A DNA stretch of 64,000 nucleotides from Elusimicrobiota bacterium (GTDB lineage: Bacteria > Elusimicrobiota > Elusimicrobia > 2-02-FULL-39-32). The stretch covers positions 25,034 through 89,033 of the forward strand of contig JACPBF010000005.1 of the NCBI GenBank assembly GCA_016180425.1, given 5' to 3'. The position numbers and the translations under genes are program-made. Under the pieces are notes generated by a model. The model worked only from the letters and a program-made list of their open reading frames with translations. It ran no database searches and was not told the DNA's origin. Of the stretch, positions 44,247 to 53,100 are shown piece by piece; the stretch's first letter is position 1, and each line of letters starts with the position of its first letter.

Positions 44247-45755
44247 TTAACTTCCGCCTTGTTCGAGGAAAATATTGGTGTGATGCGTTTCTTCCTGAGC
44301 ATGACGCAAAAGTTTAAACAGATCGTCCCCATCCACACCGTAAAAGGCGTTTCCTGCTCCTATAGAAACGGGTAGACCCTCCTCTGAAACACCGCATCCT
44401 TTGTCCCTTCTCCATTGATTAACCGCTTTCCCAATCCTATCCCTAATCGCTTGCGCCCCCTTCATATCTGTCGTGGAAAGGATGACCAGCCACTGAGGCT
44501 CAAGGACGGTCACGTGATCCAAACTTTTTAACTGCGGACGTATAAACTCTTTTAATTCCTCTAGATTGGCCCGCGTCCCTATGAGCAAAGGCTTACAGTC
44601 GAATACGGTTAAAATGATTGTTCCGGATAACGGATGGTCAGACAAGCTCTTTTTAAAAAGTTGGAAGCATTGTTCCAATTCATTCTTGGGTGTATAGATG
44701 GGTAATTTAAAGGTAACGACCGTCCCTTTCCCAATTTCGGAAGCAATCGAAATGTTCCCCCCATGTTGCTCTAGGATATTTTTGCATATGCTTAACCCCA
44801 ACCCAGTGCCCCCTGCTTTATAATCGCCCACTTGAGAGAATTCAAGAAACAGTTTAGGCAAATCCTCTTTAGCAATGCCAACGCCATTATCTGTTATCGC
44901 CACGCAAACATTCCCTCCCTCCTCCCATAGCGTAACTCTAATCCATCCGTCTGAGCTAGTAAATTTAATAGCATTCATTAGAAGGTTTCTGAGCACCTGT
45001 TTAATTTTATCGGGATCTACCGATGCTTCTAAGTCGTCCGGTCCCTCACACTTTATTCTCCTTTTTCCCAGAAGGCTCTTCGTTTCTTGCAAAGTTCCCA
45101 TGATAAGCCCATGAATTTTATGCTTGCCTAGGATAAGCCGTATTTGCCCAGAATGGATCTTGTAACTATCCAAAATATTATTGATGAGAATGGTCAATCG
45201 TTGAGAAGCGCTTCCCAAAATTTTTATGAATTTTCTCTGCTCATCTGTTATTATACCTAAGAGACCATCCTCTAAAAGTTTCGACGACTCCATTATAATC
45301 GTAACCGGAGTTTTAAGTTCATGGGCGATATTGGCAATAAACTTATCCTTGAACACCAGAAGCTCTCCCATCTTAAGGTTAGCATTCTGAAGTTCAGCAT
45401 GGCTCATCTTAAGATCTGCTTCAACCCGTTTGCGTTCCGAGATATCTATTAAATAGATGTAAACTTTATTCTTCTTCGTAAAACAGAATATCTCTTCCTC
45501 ATAAAACTTCTTATCGGCCACTATATTTCGAACGAACGCGATCAACTCTCCTTGGGAGTTTTTCATTTGCCCGCATAAAATGTTTAGTTCCTGAAGTACC
45601 GGATGCTCACCACCAAGCTTTTTCAAATCTGGGAAATGTGAGAGCGCGGCAGGATTAAGGTAGAGTATAGACAAACATTCATCCGTCACTACGATCGGGT
45701 TAGGGATCATTTCTACAAAGAACTCTTTCCCCATCTGATCAAGCTTAGTTCTCAT
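44247..45755 (-). CDS. PAS - HisKA - HATPase_c sensor histidine kinase with degenerate GGDEF-like C-terminal domain
   Basis: H-box IANIAHELKTPVT, N/G boxes (LRNLLMNAIKF, DNGVGI, GGTGLGLSICK). The C-terminal ~150 aa end ...VSIGAGNAFYGVDGDDLFKLLRHAQ without a GGDEF/GGEEF signature. Confidence 0.8.
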   Translation of the reverse strand: MRTKLDQMGKEFFVEMIPNPIVVTDECLSILYLNPAALSHFPDLKKLGGEHPVLQELNILCGQMKNSQGELIAFVRNIVADKKFYEEEIFCFTKKNKVYIYLIDISERKRVEADLKMSHAELQNANLKMGELLVFKDKFIANIAHELKTPVTIIMESSKLLEDGLLGIITDEQRKFIKILGSASQRLTILINNILDSYKIHSGQIRLILGKHKIHGLIMGTLQETKSLLGKRRIKCEGPDDLEASVDPDKIKQVLRNLLMNAIKFTSSDGWIRVTLWEEGGNVCVAITDNGVGIAKEDLPKLFLEFSQVGDYKAGGTGLGLSICKNILEQHGGNISIASEIGKGTVVTFKLPIYTPKNELEQCFQLFKKSLSDHPLSGTIILTVFDCKPLLIGTRANLEELKEFIRPQLKSLDHVTVLEPQWLVILSTTDMKGAQAIRDRIGKAVNQWRRDKGCGVSEEGLPVSIGAGNAFYGVDGDDLFKLLRHAQEETHHTNIFLEQGGS

Positions 45756-45795
45756 AAATTATGATTTTAAGTCTAAGTTAATGTAGTAACTAGGT

Positions 45796-46383
45796 TCAAC
45801 CTAGATTACTTTTAATGGTTTCAGTACCGAACATAAATACCAAATGGCCTTTCACATTCGTCTTTTGAAAACTAAAAACAAGCTCTATCAAAACTCTTTC
45901 TTCTAAAGATAATCTCGCTCTAGTTGTAATCTGACTTACAATGCTATCCCCTGTCCCCCAACTCAAGTTGCCTCCATAATGTAGGACGTGAGTTAATCCC
46001 AACTGACTTGAGAATGCGGATAGATACTTTCCAACGATAATATTGGTAAATTCTATTACGGCGTTCATAGCCATATCATCCAAATTTTGAGTGGCGCGCG
46101 CCTTTCGTTTTAACAAGAGATCGGCTAATGTAAATGTGGACCATTTCGATAAGATCATCAATATAGATGCTTTAACAATGTCCCCTGTGAGAGTATAGGA
46201 GATTACGGAGACCAAAGGCTCCTCCGATATTCCACTCAGAAAAGTATTGGGGACGACTTTATAATTTAGGGTATGAATATCTATAGAGACAGGTTCATTG
46301 ACCATTTTTGAGATCGCGACCGCGGATTCCTGACTTGCGACTTGGTCTATTTTTTTAAGTTTTTCTAAATTCATAATTTGCAT
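45796..46383 (-). CDS. CheC/CheX-family phosphatase-like protein
   Basis: DDMAMNAVIEFTNIIVGKYLSAFS fits the D/S-x3-E-x2-N-I-x2-G CheC-type site; the first-half site is degenerate. 195 aa, in che operon context. Confidence 0.55.
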   Translation of the reverse strand: MQIMNLEKLKKIDQVASQESAVAISKMVNEPVSIDIHTLNYKVVPNTFLSGISEEPLVSVISYTLTGDIVKASILMILSKWSTFTLADLLLKRKARATQNLDDMAMNAVIEFTNIIVGKYLSAFSSQLGLTHVLHYGGNLSWGTGDSIVSQITTRARLSLEERVLIELVFSFQKTNVKGHLVFMFGTETIKSNLG

Positions 46384-46430
46384 CTCCTTTTTTTAATAAT
46401 CACTATGCACGACGGGACTGTTGCGAAACG

Positions 46431-46453
46431 TCTCTTTCGCGGGAATGACGGCG
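46431..46453. repeat. single degenerate arm of the ATTCCCGC-N4-GCGGGAAT element (intergenic)
   Basis: TCTCTTTCGCGGGAATGACGGCG, between the cheA stop and the cheC-like start. Confidence 0.5.
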
Positions 46454-46466
46454 TTTTGCAACAGCC

Positions 46467-48074
46467 TCAACCACTGTTTAAAGTCTTGCCTTTTTTAGAC
46501 AGAATTAAATGGGCTACATCCAGAATTAGGATCGCTTCTCCGGATCCGATGATGGCTGTTCCAGAAAAAAAACGGCTTTCCCGAAGCAACCGATGCAGCG
46601 GTTTCACCACCACTTCCTGTGTGCTCAACAGGCTATCTACAGCCAGACCCAGTCGTTCGTCATCCTTTCGAACCACCACAATCGGTTGTCTCGGCAATAA
46701 AGGCGCATCTAAACCAAAAATGGCGCTCAGGCGTGTCATCGGGATATCTTCTTTATCTAGAACAATCGCCTCGTAATTCAGCATTCCTTTAATGTCCCCT
46801 GAGTCTGCCGCCACTAACCTATCCACATCCGACACCGGGATAGCATAGATCTTCCCCTGCACCTGAACAAAAAGGGTATTGATCACAGCCAATGTAAGGG
46901 GTATTTCCAACGCAAAGGTTGTGCCTTGTTTGGTTGTGGATTTTACTCTGACGGATCCACCAATGGACTCAATCTTTTTCCTCACAATAGTCATTCCCAG
47001 CCCTCTTCCTGAAACCGTGCTAACTTCTTTGGTGGTGGAGACACCGTTAAAAATAGAATTCATGGTCTCTTCTTGAGTGGCTTCGGGATTCAAAATCCCC
47101 CGTTTCATCGCCATAATCTTTATCTCTTCTAAGTCTAAGCCCTGACCATCATCGGACACTTCAATTGAGACCGCTTCTTTGCTTCGGGAGGCGGTTAAAC
47201 GAATGGTTCCAACCAGCGGTTTCCCCGTCCGCTCTCTTAGATCAGGAGTCTCCAGTCCATGGTCCACAGCATTCCTTAAAAGATGCACCAAAGACTCGCC
47301 AATTTCATCTATCACCACTCTATCCAACTCAATCTCACTCCCTTCCAGAATAAGCTCCACCTCTTTTTTCTCCGCTTTTGCCACGTCCCGGATCATGCGC
47401 GGAAAGCGATTAAACACAAATCCAATGGGCACCATGCGCGATTGCATAACCTGGTATTGAAGCTCGCTTACAATGCGGCCTAACATTTCTGTGGCAGCGC
47501 TGAACTCTGGGTTCTCAAGATTTTCTCGAATGCGATCAAACCGCATCTTGGTCACTAAAAGTTCCTCGGACAAGTTTAGCAAACGGTCCAACCTTTCTAC
47601 TTTTACCTCAATGGCTTGGATTTTTTCAGGTGTTTCCATTTTCATCTCAGCCTCAAGGGAGGGCGCAGTAGGGGCGGGGGACTCGGCCAAGCCTTCAACC
47701 CCAAGGACTTTTAGTCTTTCTACGAGTTCTTTAGAATCTAATTCAGAACCCTCCTTGGAAATAAGTTTTAGGCAGGAGTCGAGAAAATCGAAACACTTAA
47801 ATAGAATGTCCGAACATTTTTCTAAACTTATCTTTTTTTGTTTGATTCTTTCTAAAATGTCCTCAACCGCGTGGCATAAAGAGGAGATATTTTGGTAGCC
47901 CATTGCCGCGGCAATGCTTTTAAGAGTATGCATGGCCCAAGATATCTGGTAAAGAAGATTGGTGTCTGTGGGCGCCTTTTCAAGTTTTACAAGAGCGCCG
48001 TTCACGGTTTCCACATGCTCGCGCGCTTCTTTTAAAAAGGCCTCTTTATATTTATCCATCTGGAGATTACCCAT
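46467..48074 (-). CDS. cheA: chemotaxis histidine kinase CheA
   Basis: P1 Hpt (MHTLKSIAAAMG), dimerisation region, HATPase (LVHLLRNAVDHGLE, DDGQGLD, GRGLGMTIV) and a C-terminal CheW-like domain. Confidence 0.9.
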   Translation of the reverse strand: MGNLQMDKYKEAFLKEAREHVETVNGALVKLEKAPTDTNLLYQISWAMHTLKSIAAAMGYQNISSLCHAVEDILERIKQKKISLEKCSDILFKCFDFLDSCLKLISKEGSELDSKELVERLKVLGVEGLAESPAPTAPSLEAEMKMETPEKIQAIEVKVERLDRLLNLSEELLVTKMRFDRIRENLENPEFSAATEMLGRIVSELQYQVMQSRMVPIGFVFNRFPRMIRDVAKAEKKEVELILEGSEIELDRVVIDEIGESLVHLLRNAVDHGLETPDLRERTGKPLVGTIRLTASRSKEAVSIEVSDDGQGLDLEEIKIMAMKRGILNPEATQEETMNSIFNGVSTTKEVSTVSGRGLGMTIVRKKIESIGGSVRVKSTTKQGTTFALEIPLTLAVINTLFVQVQGKIYAIPVSDVDRLVAADSGDIKGMLNYEAIVLDKEDIPMTRLSAIFGLDAPLLPRQPIVVVRKDDERLGLAVDSLLSTQEVVVKPLHRLLRESRFFSGTAIIGSGEAILILDVAHLILSKKGKTLNSG

Positions 48075-48077
48075 CGC

Positions 48078-49160
48078 TTAAATCTTCGCCTCTTTAGCCC
48101 GGACAAGATCGTTTAGAGCCTCTGCAATTCCCTCTAGGGCCAAAACCCGATCCACCACACCCGCCTCAATCGCGGAGCGAGGCATCCCAAAAATTAATGC
48201 GTCTTTATCCTGAGCTATGGTAGTTCCTTGAGCTGCCCTAATCGCTTTCATCCCTTCGGTACCGTCCTTTCCAATTCCGGAGAGAATCACGCCCACTGTA
48301 TTGGATCCGTAGAGCTTCACAACAGCACACATCGCGCGGTCAATAGACGAATTCAAATCTAATTTTTCTTCTTTAAGAGTGATCGTAACAGAATTGGCAT
48401 TCCTCCCGCTTTCGCGGGAATAACGATCCTGCGCTAAACGCCTGTGAAAATTCAGATTAAATTCAGGAATTGCCAAATAAACTGTGCCAGCCTCCAATAG
48501 TTCTTGATCTTCAATGACCTTCACTTTTAAGGGATAGTTTTTGTTGAGACGTTCCGCATAACTTTCTACAAAAAAGGAGCTGGGCATATGCTGAACCACA
48601 AGAATGGGGCAAGGGTAGCCCTCCGGAAGTAGGGAGAGAATTTTTTCCACAGATTGCGGGCCTCCTGTAGAAGCGCCAATCACAATGATTTTGCTGTGGC
48701 TAATTCTAGGATGCCTTAATTTTTGAAGTCCGTGGCGTTCACTTTGTTTTAGCTTGTTGCGAGAGACTTGCGAGACCGCCTTCACTGTTTCTAGAATCTC
48801 GGTTTTAACGGTCTCTATATCTAAAGAAAGCTCCCCGGAAGGCTTGGGTACAAAAGCCACGGCGCCAGCTGCCAAGCATTCAAATGTGCTAGTCGCGTCT
48901 TTTTTCGCAAGCGCTGAAAGAATAATCACAGGGGTTGGGTGGGTGGCCATAATGGTTTCTAAAGTCGTAAGTCCACTCTCACCCGGCATGACTAAATCTA
49001 ATGTGACGCAGTCGGGCCTAAACATCTCTAATTTCAAGAGCGCTTCAGAACCGCATTTTGCAGTTTCAATGGCGGAAATTTCGGGATCAGAGGCGAGGAT
49101 GTCAGTGATTAATGTGCGCATAGTAAAGGAATCATCCACAACCAAAACACGGAGAGACAC
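48078..49160 (-). CDS. cheB: protein-glutamate methylesterase CheB (REC + esterase)
   Basis: REC (VLVVDDSFTMR, LDLVMPGESG, FVPKP) and catalytic Ser/His/Asp motifs (GASTGGPQ, VVQHMP, GIGKDG). GTG start. Confidence 0.9.
   Translation of the reverse strand: MSLRVLVVDDSFTMRTLITDILASDPEISAIETAKCGSEALLKLEMFRPDCVTLDLVMPGESGLTTLETIMATHPTPVIILSALAKKDATSTFECLAAGAVAFVPKPSGELSLDIETVKTEILETVKAVSQVSRNKLKQSERHGLQKLRHPRISHSKIIVIGASTGGPQSVEKILSLLPEGYPCPILVVQHMPSSFFVESYAERLNKNYPLKVKVIEDQELLEAGTVYLAIPEFNLNFHRRLAQDRYSRESGRNANSVTITLKEEKLDLNSSIDRAMCAVVKLYGSNTVGVILSGIGKDGTEGMKAIRAAQGTTIAQDKDALIFGMPRSAIEAGVVDRVLALEGIAEALNDLVRAKEAKI
48396..48426. repeat. single arm of the palindromic element, in frame inside cheB
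   Basis: GGCATTCCTCCCGCTTTCGCGGGAATAACGA. Translated on the minus strand as ...DRYSRESGRNA..., in a loop that is about 10 aa longer than the E. coli CheB sequence as recalled. Confidence 0.55.
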
Positions 49161-49177
49161 GGATTTAATGGTCTAGA

Positions 49178-49564
49178 TCAAGCCAACCCACCCCCCCCCC
49201 CCCGCATAATTTTTGTCAATTCTTCTTCTTCAATAGGTTTTGTAAGGTACCCCAAAATTCCAAGAGTTTCGCACTCTTTTATACAAGCAGTCTGGCCAAC
49301 GGCCGTAAGCATAATGACTTGTGTCTTACAATCCACGGCGCGAACTTCCTCGAGAAATTTAATCCCTTCCCTTTCCCCTTCTCGCATTACGATATCCAAT
49401 AGGATTAGATCTGGATATTGCGTTCGATACTGTTCCATCGCCTTTTTTTTTGAATCCGCTTCGTAAATTTCCACAGGCTCCTTGAACAGCCCTTTTTTTG
49501 AGATGATGGATTTAATCAAATCCCTCATAAAGGCGGAATCATCTACAATCAGAATCCTTTTCAT
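49178..49564 (-). CDS. cheY: CheY-like single-domain response regulator
   Basis: ILIVDDSAFMR, LILLDIVM, VIMLTAV and YLTKPI. The C-terminal tail MRGGGGGLA is encoded by a homopolymer tract. Confidence 0.85.
   Translation of the reverse strand: MKRILIVDDSAFMRDLIKSIISKKGLFKEPVEIYEADSKKKAMEQYRTQYPDLILLDIVMREGEREGIKFLEEVRAVDCKTQVIMLTAVGQTACIKECETLGILGYLTKPIEEEELTKIMRGGGGGLA
49191..49203. repeat. 13-nt homopolymer (C on plus strand, G on coding strand)
   Basis: Counted directly: 49191-49203 are all C. Located 11 nt upstream of the cheY stop codon, which is 49180-49178 on the minus strand. Confidence 0.95.
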
Positions 49565-50178
49565 TTATTTTTTCTCCTCCTTAGTTTTTGAGGTGAATCT
49601 TTTACGGAAATACCCTCCACATTCACAGGTTGGCGCGCTTCTGTCTCAAGATTAGGTTTTTCTGGCTCTTCCATGCCTTGTTCCCCATGTTTGCGGGCCA
49701 TATCAGAAAGCCGCTCGAGTTCTTCTGTGGAAAGCACCCGCGCTAGATCCAAGAGAATGATTAAACGGTTTCCAACCGTTACCACACCATCCACATATTC
49801 TTCATGAATTGTGGTGATCAGTTTAGGGGGAAGTTTTATCTCTGATTTTGGAATTCTTAACACTTCTGTGACCTCGTCAACAAGAAGTCCAAATAAATTC
49901 TCTTCCTGTTGAGTGATCACGATATGTCTGGGCCCTTCTTTGGACGCGCTTAAGAAAAAACGGGCCGTAAGGTTAATAATCGCTACTATTTCTCCGCGAA
50001 CGTTGATGAGCCCTTGAACAAAGTCAGGAGAATCCGGGATTGGCGTAATCTGCCCTGTCCTAACAATCTCTTGAATGGCTCCAATCGGCACACCAAACTC
50101 TTCGTCTCCCACGTGAAAAACAATTAACTGAACGGTTTGAGCTTCTTCAGTTAGTAAGGGCATTGTTTTATCCGACAT
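49561..50178 (-). CDS. cheW: CheW-like coupling protein with acidic/basic C-terminal extension
   Basis: QLIVFHVGDEEFGVPIGAIQEIV...VRGEIVAIINL...LLVDEVTEVL is a CheW domain. Start set to the ATG at 50178 (TAATATG junction with the MCP stop). Confidence 0.85.
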   Translation of the reverse strand: MSDKTMPLLTEEAQTVQLIVFHVGDEEFGVPIGAIQEIVRTGQITPIPDSPDFVQGLINVRGEIVAIINLTARFFLSASKEGPRHIVITQQEENLFGLLVDEVTEVLRIPKSEIKLPPKLITTIHEEYVDGVVTVGNRLIILLDLARVLSTEELERLSDMARKHGEQGMEEPEKPNLETEARQPVNVEGISVKDSPQKLRRRKNK

Positions 50179-50179
50179 A

Positions 50180-53100
50180 TTAATTCCTCTCGGCCTTGCT
50201 ATTTTTAGCGCCTTCCACAACCTTAAACCTTTTTAAGGCTGTCCTCAATTCTTCAGCCAGCGTAGAAACATTTTGCGCGGAAGTGGACATCTGCTGCATG
50301 GAAGTGGTCTGTTGCTGAATGGCCGTGGACATCTGTTCCGCGCCGACAGCGGCCTGTTCCGATGTGGATGCGATCTCTTCCGTGGTTTTGGCTACGGCTT
50401 GAGCGCCGCCAGCCTGTTCGGATGTGGCCTTAGAAATGTCTTGGGCTTTTGTCGTTATTTCCTGGGCGCCCACCCCGATCTGATCTAAAATGCCCAGCGC
50501 TTGGTTAACGATCTCTATGGACTCCGTGACTTGCTGGGTACCTGCCGTCATCCCACCCACAACATCTGTTGTGGACTCTACAATCGTACCGACCATTCCC
50601 TCAATTTGCACCGCCGCTTTTTTGGTTCCTTCAGCGAGTTTGCGAATCTCGTCGGCCACAACCGCGAATCCTCGGCCCGCCTCTCCCGCGCGCGCAGCTT
50701 CAATGGCCGCGTTTAAAGCCAAGAGATTGGTTTGATCTGCAATATCTTTTGTGGTGCCTACGATCACGCCAATTTCTTTGGCTCGCTTATCCAAATCTTT
50801 TACTGTGCCTGTATTCGCTTTCACGATGTCGTCAATAGATTTAAGCCTAGTGGCAGCCTGTTTTCCAGCCTCGCTTCCACGTTGAGCCAGTTTTGACGCT
50901 TCTTGTGTTACCTCCGCGGCAGAGCGCGCATTCAAGGCTCCTTGCTGGATTGACTTGGAAAGTTCTGTAATAACCCTCGTGCTTCCTTCCAATTTCTTCG
51001 ATTGATCCTTGGCGCCCACTGCGATTTGTTGTGTTGTCTTGGCTGCGGCGGACAACGCGGTGTTGACCTGCTGCGAAGATTCAGCTAATTGACCGGAAGC
51101 AGACGACACTTTTACAGAACTGTCTATCGCAAGCCGTATCAAAGCTCCCAAATCATCGAAGGACTTGTTTAATGCGTCCGCCAATGTGCGAATGTCCCCT
51201 CGGGTTTCAATCGCCATCTGTTGCGAGAGATCCCCTTGGGAGAGTGCCACAGCTAATCGAATAACTTCCTGCACAGGGGTTGCGATAGAATTAATTAATT
51301 CGTTTAGGGTGTCCACAATATTTTTCCAACTGCCACCCACTCCCTCCACCTTGGCCCGTTCATTTAGCTTTCCCTCTTTTCCAGCCACTTGAGCCACACG
51401 CGACACTTCGTTGGCGAGCCGATTCAAGTCATCTACCATCTTGTTCAGTGTGTTCTTAAGCTCGAGTATCTCACCCTTTACATCCACGGTTATTTTTTGG
51501 GTCAGATCCCCGGCGCTAATGGCTGTAGAGACTTGCGCTATGTTTCGAACCTGTGAGGTAAGGTTAGCGGCCATGGTATTCACATTGTCAGTCAGGTCCT
51601 TCCAAGTTCCTGCCACTCCGGGCACTGCGGCCTGTCCGCCAAGTTTTCCATCCGTACCTACTTCGCGGGCCACACGCGTAACCTCGGCCGAGAAGAGATT
51701 GAGGTTGTCCACCATCTTATTGAGAGTTTCTTTAAGCTGTAGAATCTCTCCTTTAACCTCTACCGTGATCTTTTGTTTCAAATCTCCATTTGCAACCGCA
51801 GTGGCCACTTGCGCGATATTGCGCACTTGCCCTGTGAGATTGGAAGCCATGGCATTCACATTATCTGTGAGATCTTTCCATGTTCCTGTTACTCCAGGGA
51901 CTGCAGCCTGTCCGCCAAGTTTTCCATCTGTACCTACTTCACGAGCCACACGTGTAACTTCGGCTGCAAATATATTGAGACTGTCCACCATCCTGTTGAT
52001 TGTCTCCTTAAGTTGAAGAACTTCCCCCTGCGCTTCCACAGTAATCCTTTGAGCGAGATCTCCTTTGGCGACTCCGGTAGCCACTTGCGCTATGTTACGA
52101 ACCTGATTGGTTAGGTTAGTAGCCATGGCATTCACCCGATCAGTTAAATCTTTCCAAGTGCCTGCGACCCCGGGAACTTGAGCTTGACCTCCAAGCTTTC
52201 CTTCAGTGCCCACCTCGCGGGCCACACGCGTAACCTCGGCTCCGAAAACATTTAGACCGTCCACCATCTTATTGATAGTTTCTTTAAGCTGTAGAATCTC
52301 CCCTTTAACTTCCACGGTGATCTTCTGTCCCAGATCTCCATTGGCGACAGCAGTTGTAACCTGCGCGATATTGCGCACTTGGCTTGTAAGATTGGAAGCC
52401 ATGACATTCACATTGTCTGTGAGCTCCTTCCACGTACCCGTAACACCCATCACCGAAGCTTGTCCGCCAAGTTTTCCATCTGTACCCACTTCCCTCGCCA
52501 CACGTGTAACCTCGGATGCAAATACGTTAAGGCTGTCCACCATCCTGTTGATTGTCTCCTTAAGTTGAAGAACTTCCCCCTGCGCTTCCACAGTAATCCT
52601 TTGAGCGAGATCTCCCCTAGCCACTGATGTAGCCACTTGAGCGATGTTTCGCACCTGATTGGTTAAATTGGTGGCCATCGCATTTACGCGGTTGGTCAAT
52701 TCTTTCCAAGTGCCGGCCACACCGGGCACTTCAGCCTGGCCTCCAAGCTTCCCTTCAGTTCCCACTTCCCGTGCCACGCGCGTAACCTCGGCCGAGAAGA
52801 GATTGAGGTTGTCCACCATCTTATTGAGAGTTTCTTTAAGCTGTAGGATCTCACCTCGTACTTCCACAGTGATTTTTTGAGCCAGGTCTCCGTTAGCAAC
52901 AGCTGTGGCCACTTGCGCTATGTTACGAACCTGCAATGTAAGGTTCGTAGCCATCGCGTTCACGTTGTCCGTCAGTTCCTTCCAAGTTCCCGTAACACCC
53001 GGCACAACCGCTTGGCCTCCGAGTTTTCCTTCCGTCCCTACTTCTTTTGCGACACGGGTTACTTCCCCTGAAAAAGCCCGTAGATTGTCCACCATCTTAT

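Noticed and set aside
43850-44338. Full-length track ORF (162 aa) for the receiver, starting MWMGTICLNF...
   Set aside because: The first 32 codons overlap the 3' end of the histidine kinase gene and are not receiver-like. The start was trimmed to the TTG at 44242/44239, just before KKHRILIVDD.
46378-49176. Multiple plus-strand ORFs across cheA and cheB (for example 46378-46776, 47473-47898, 48754-49176).
   Set aside because: They are antisense to genes with strong CheA/CheB motifs, and their Ser/Arg-rich translations are typical of antisense frames.
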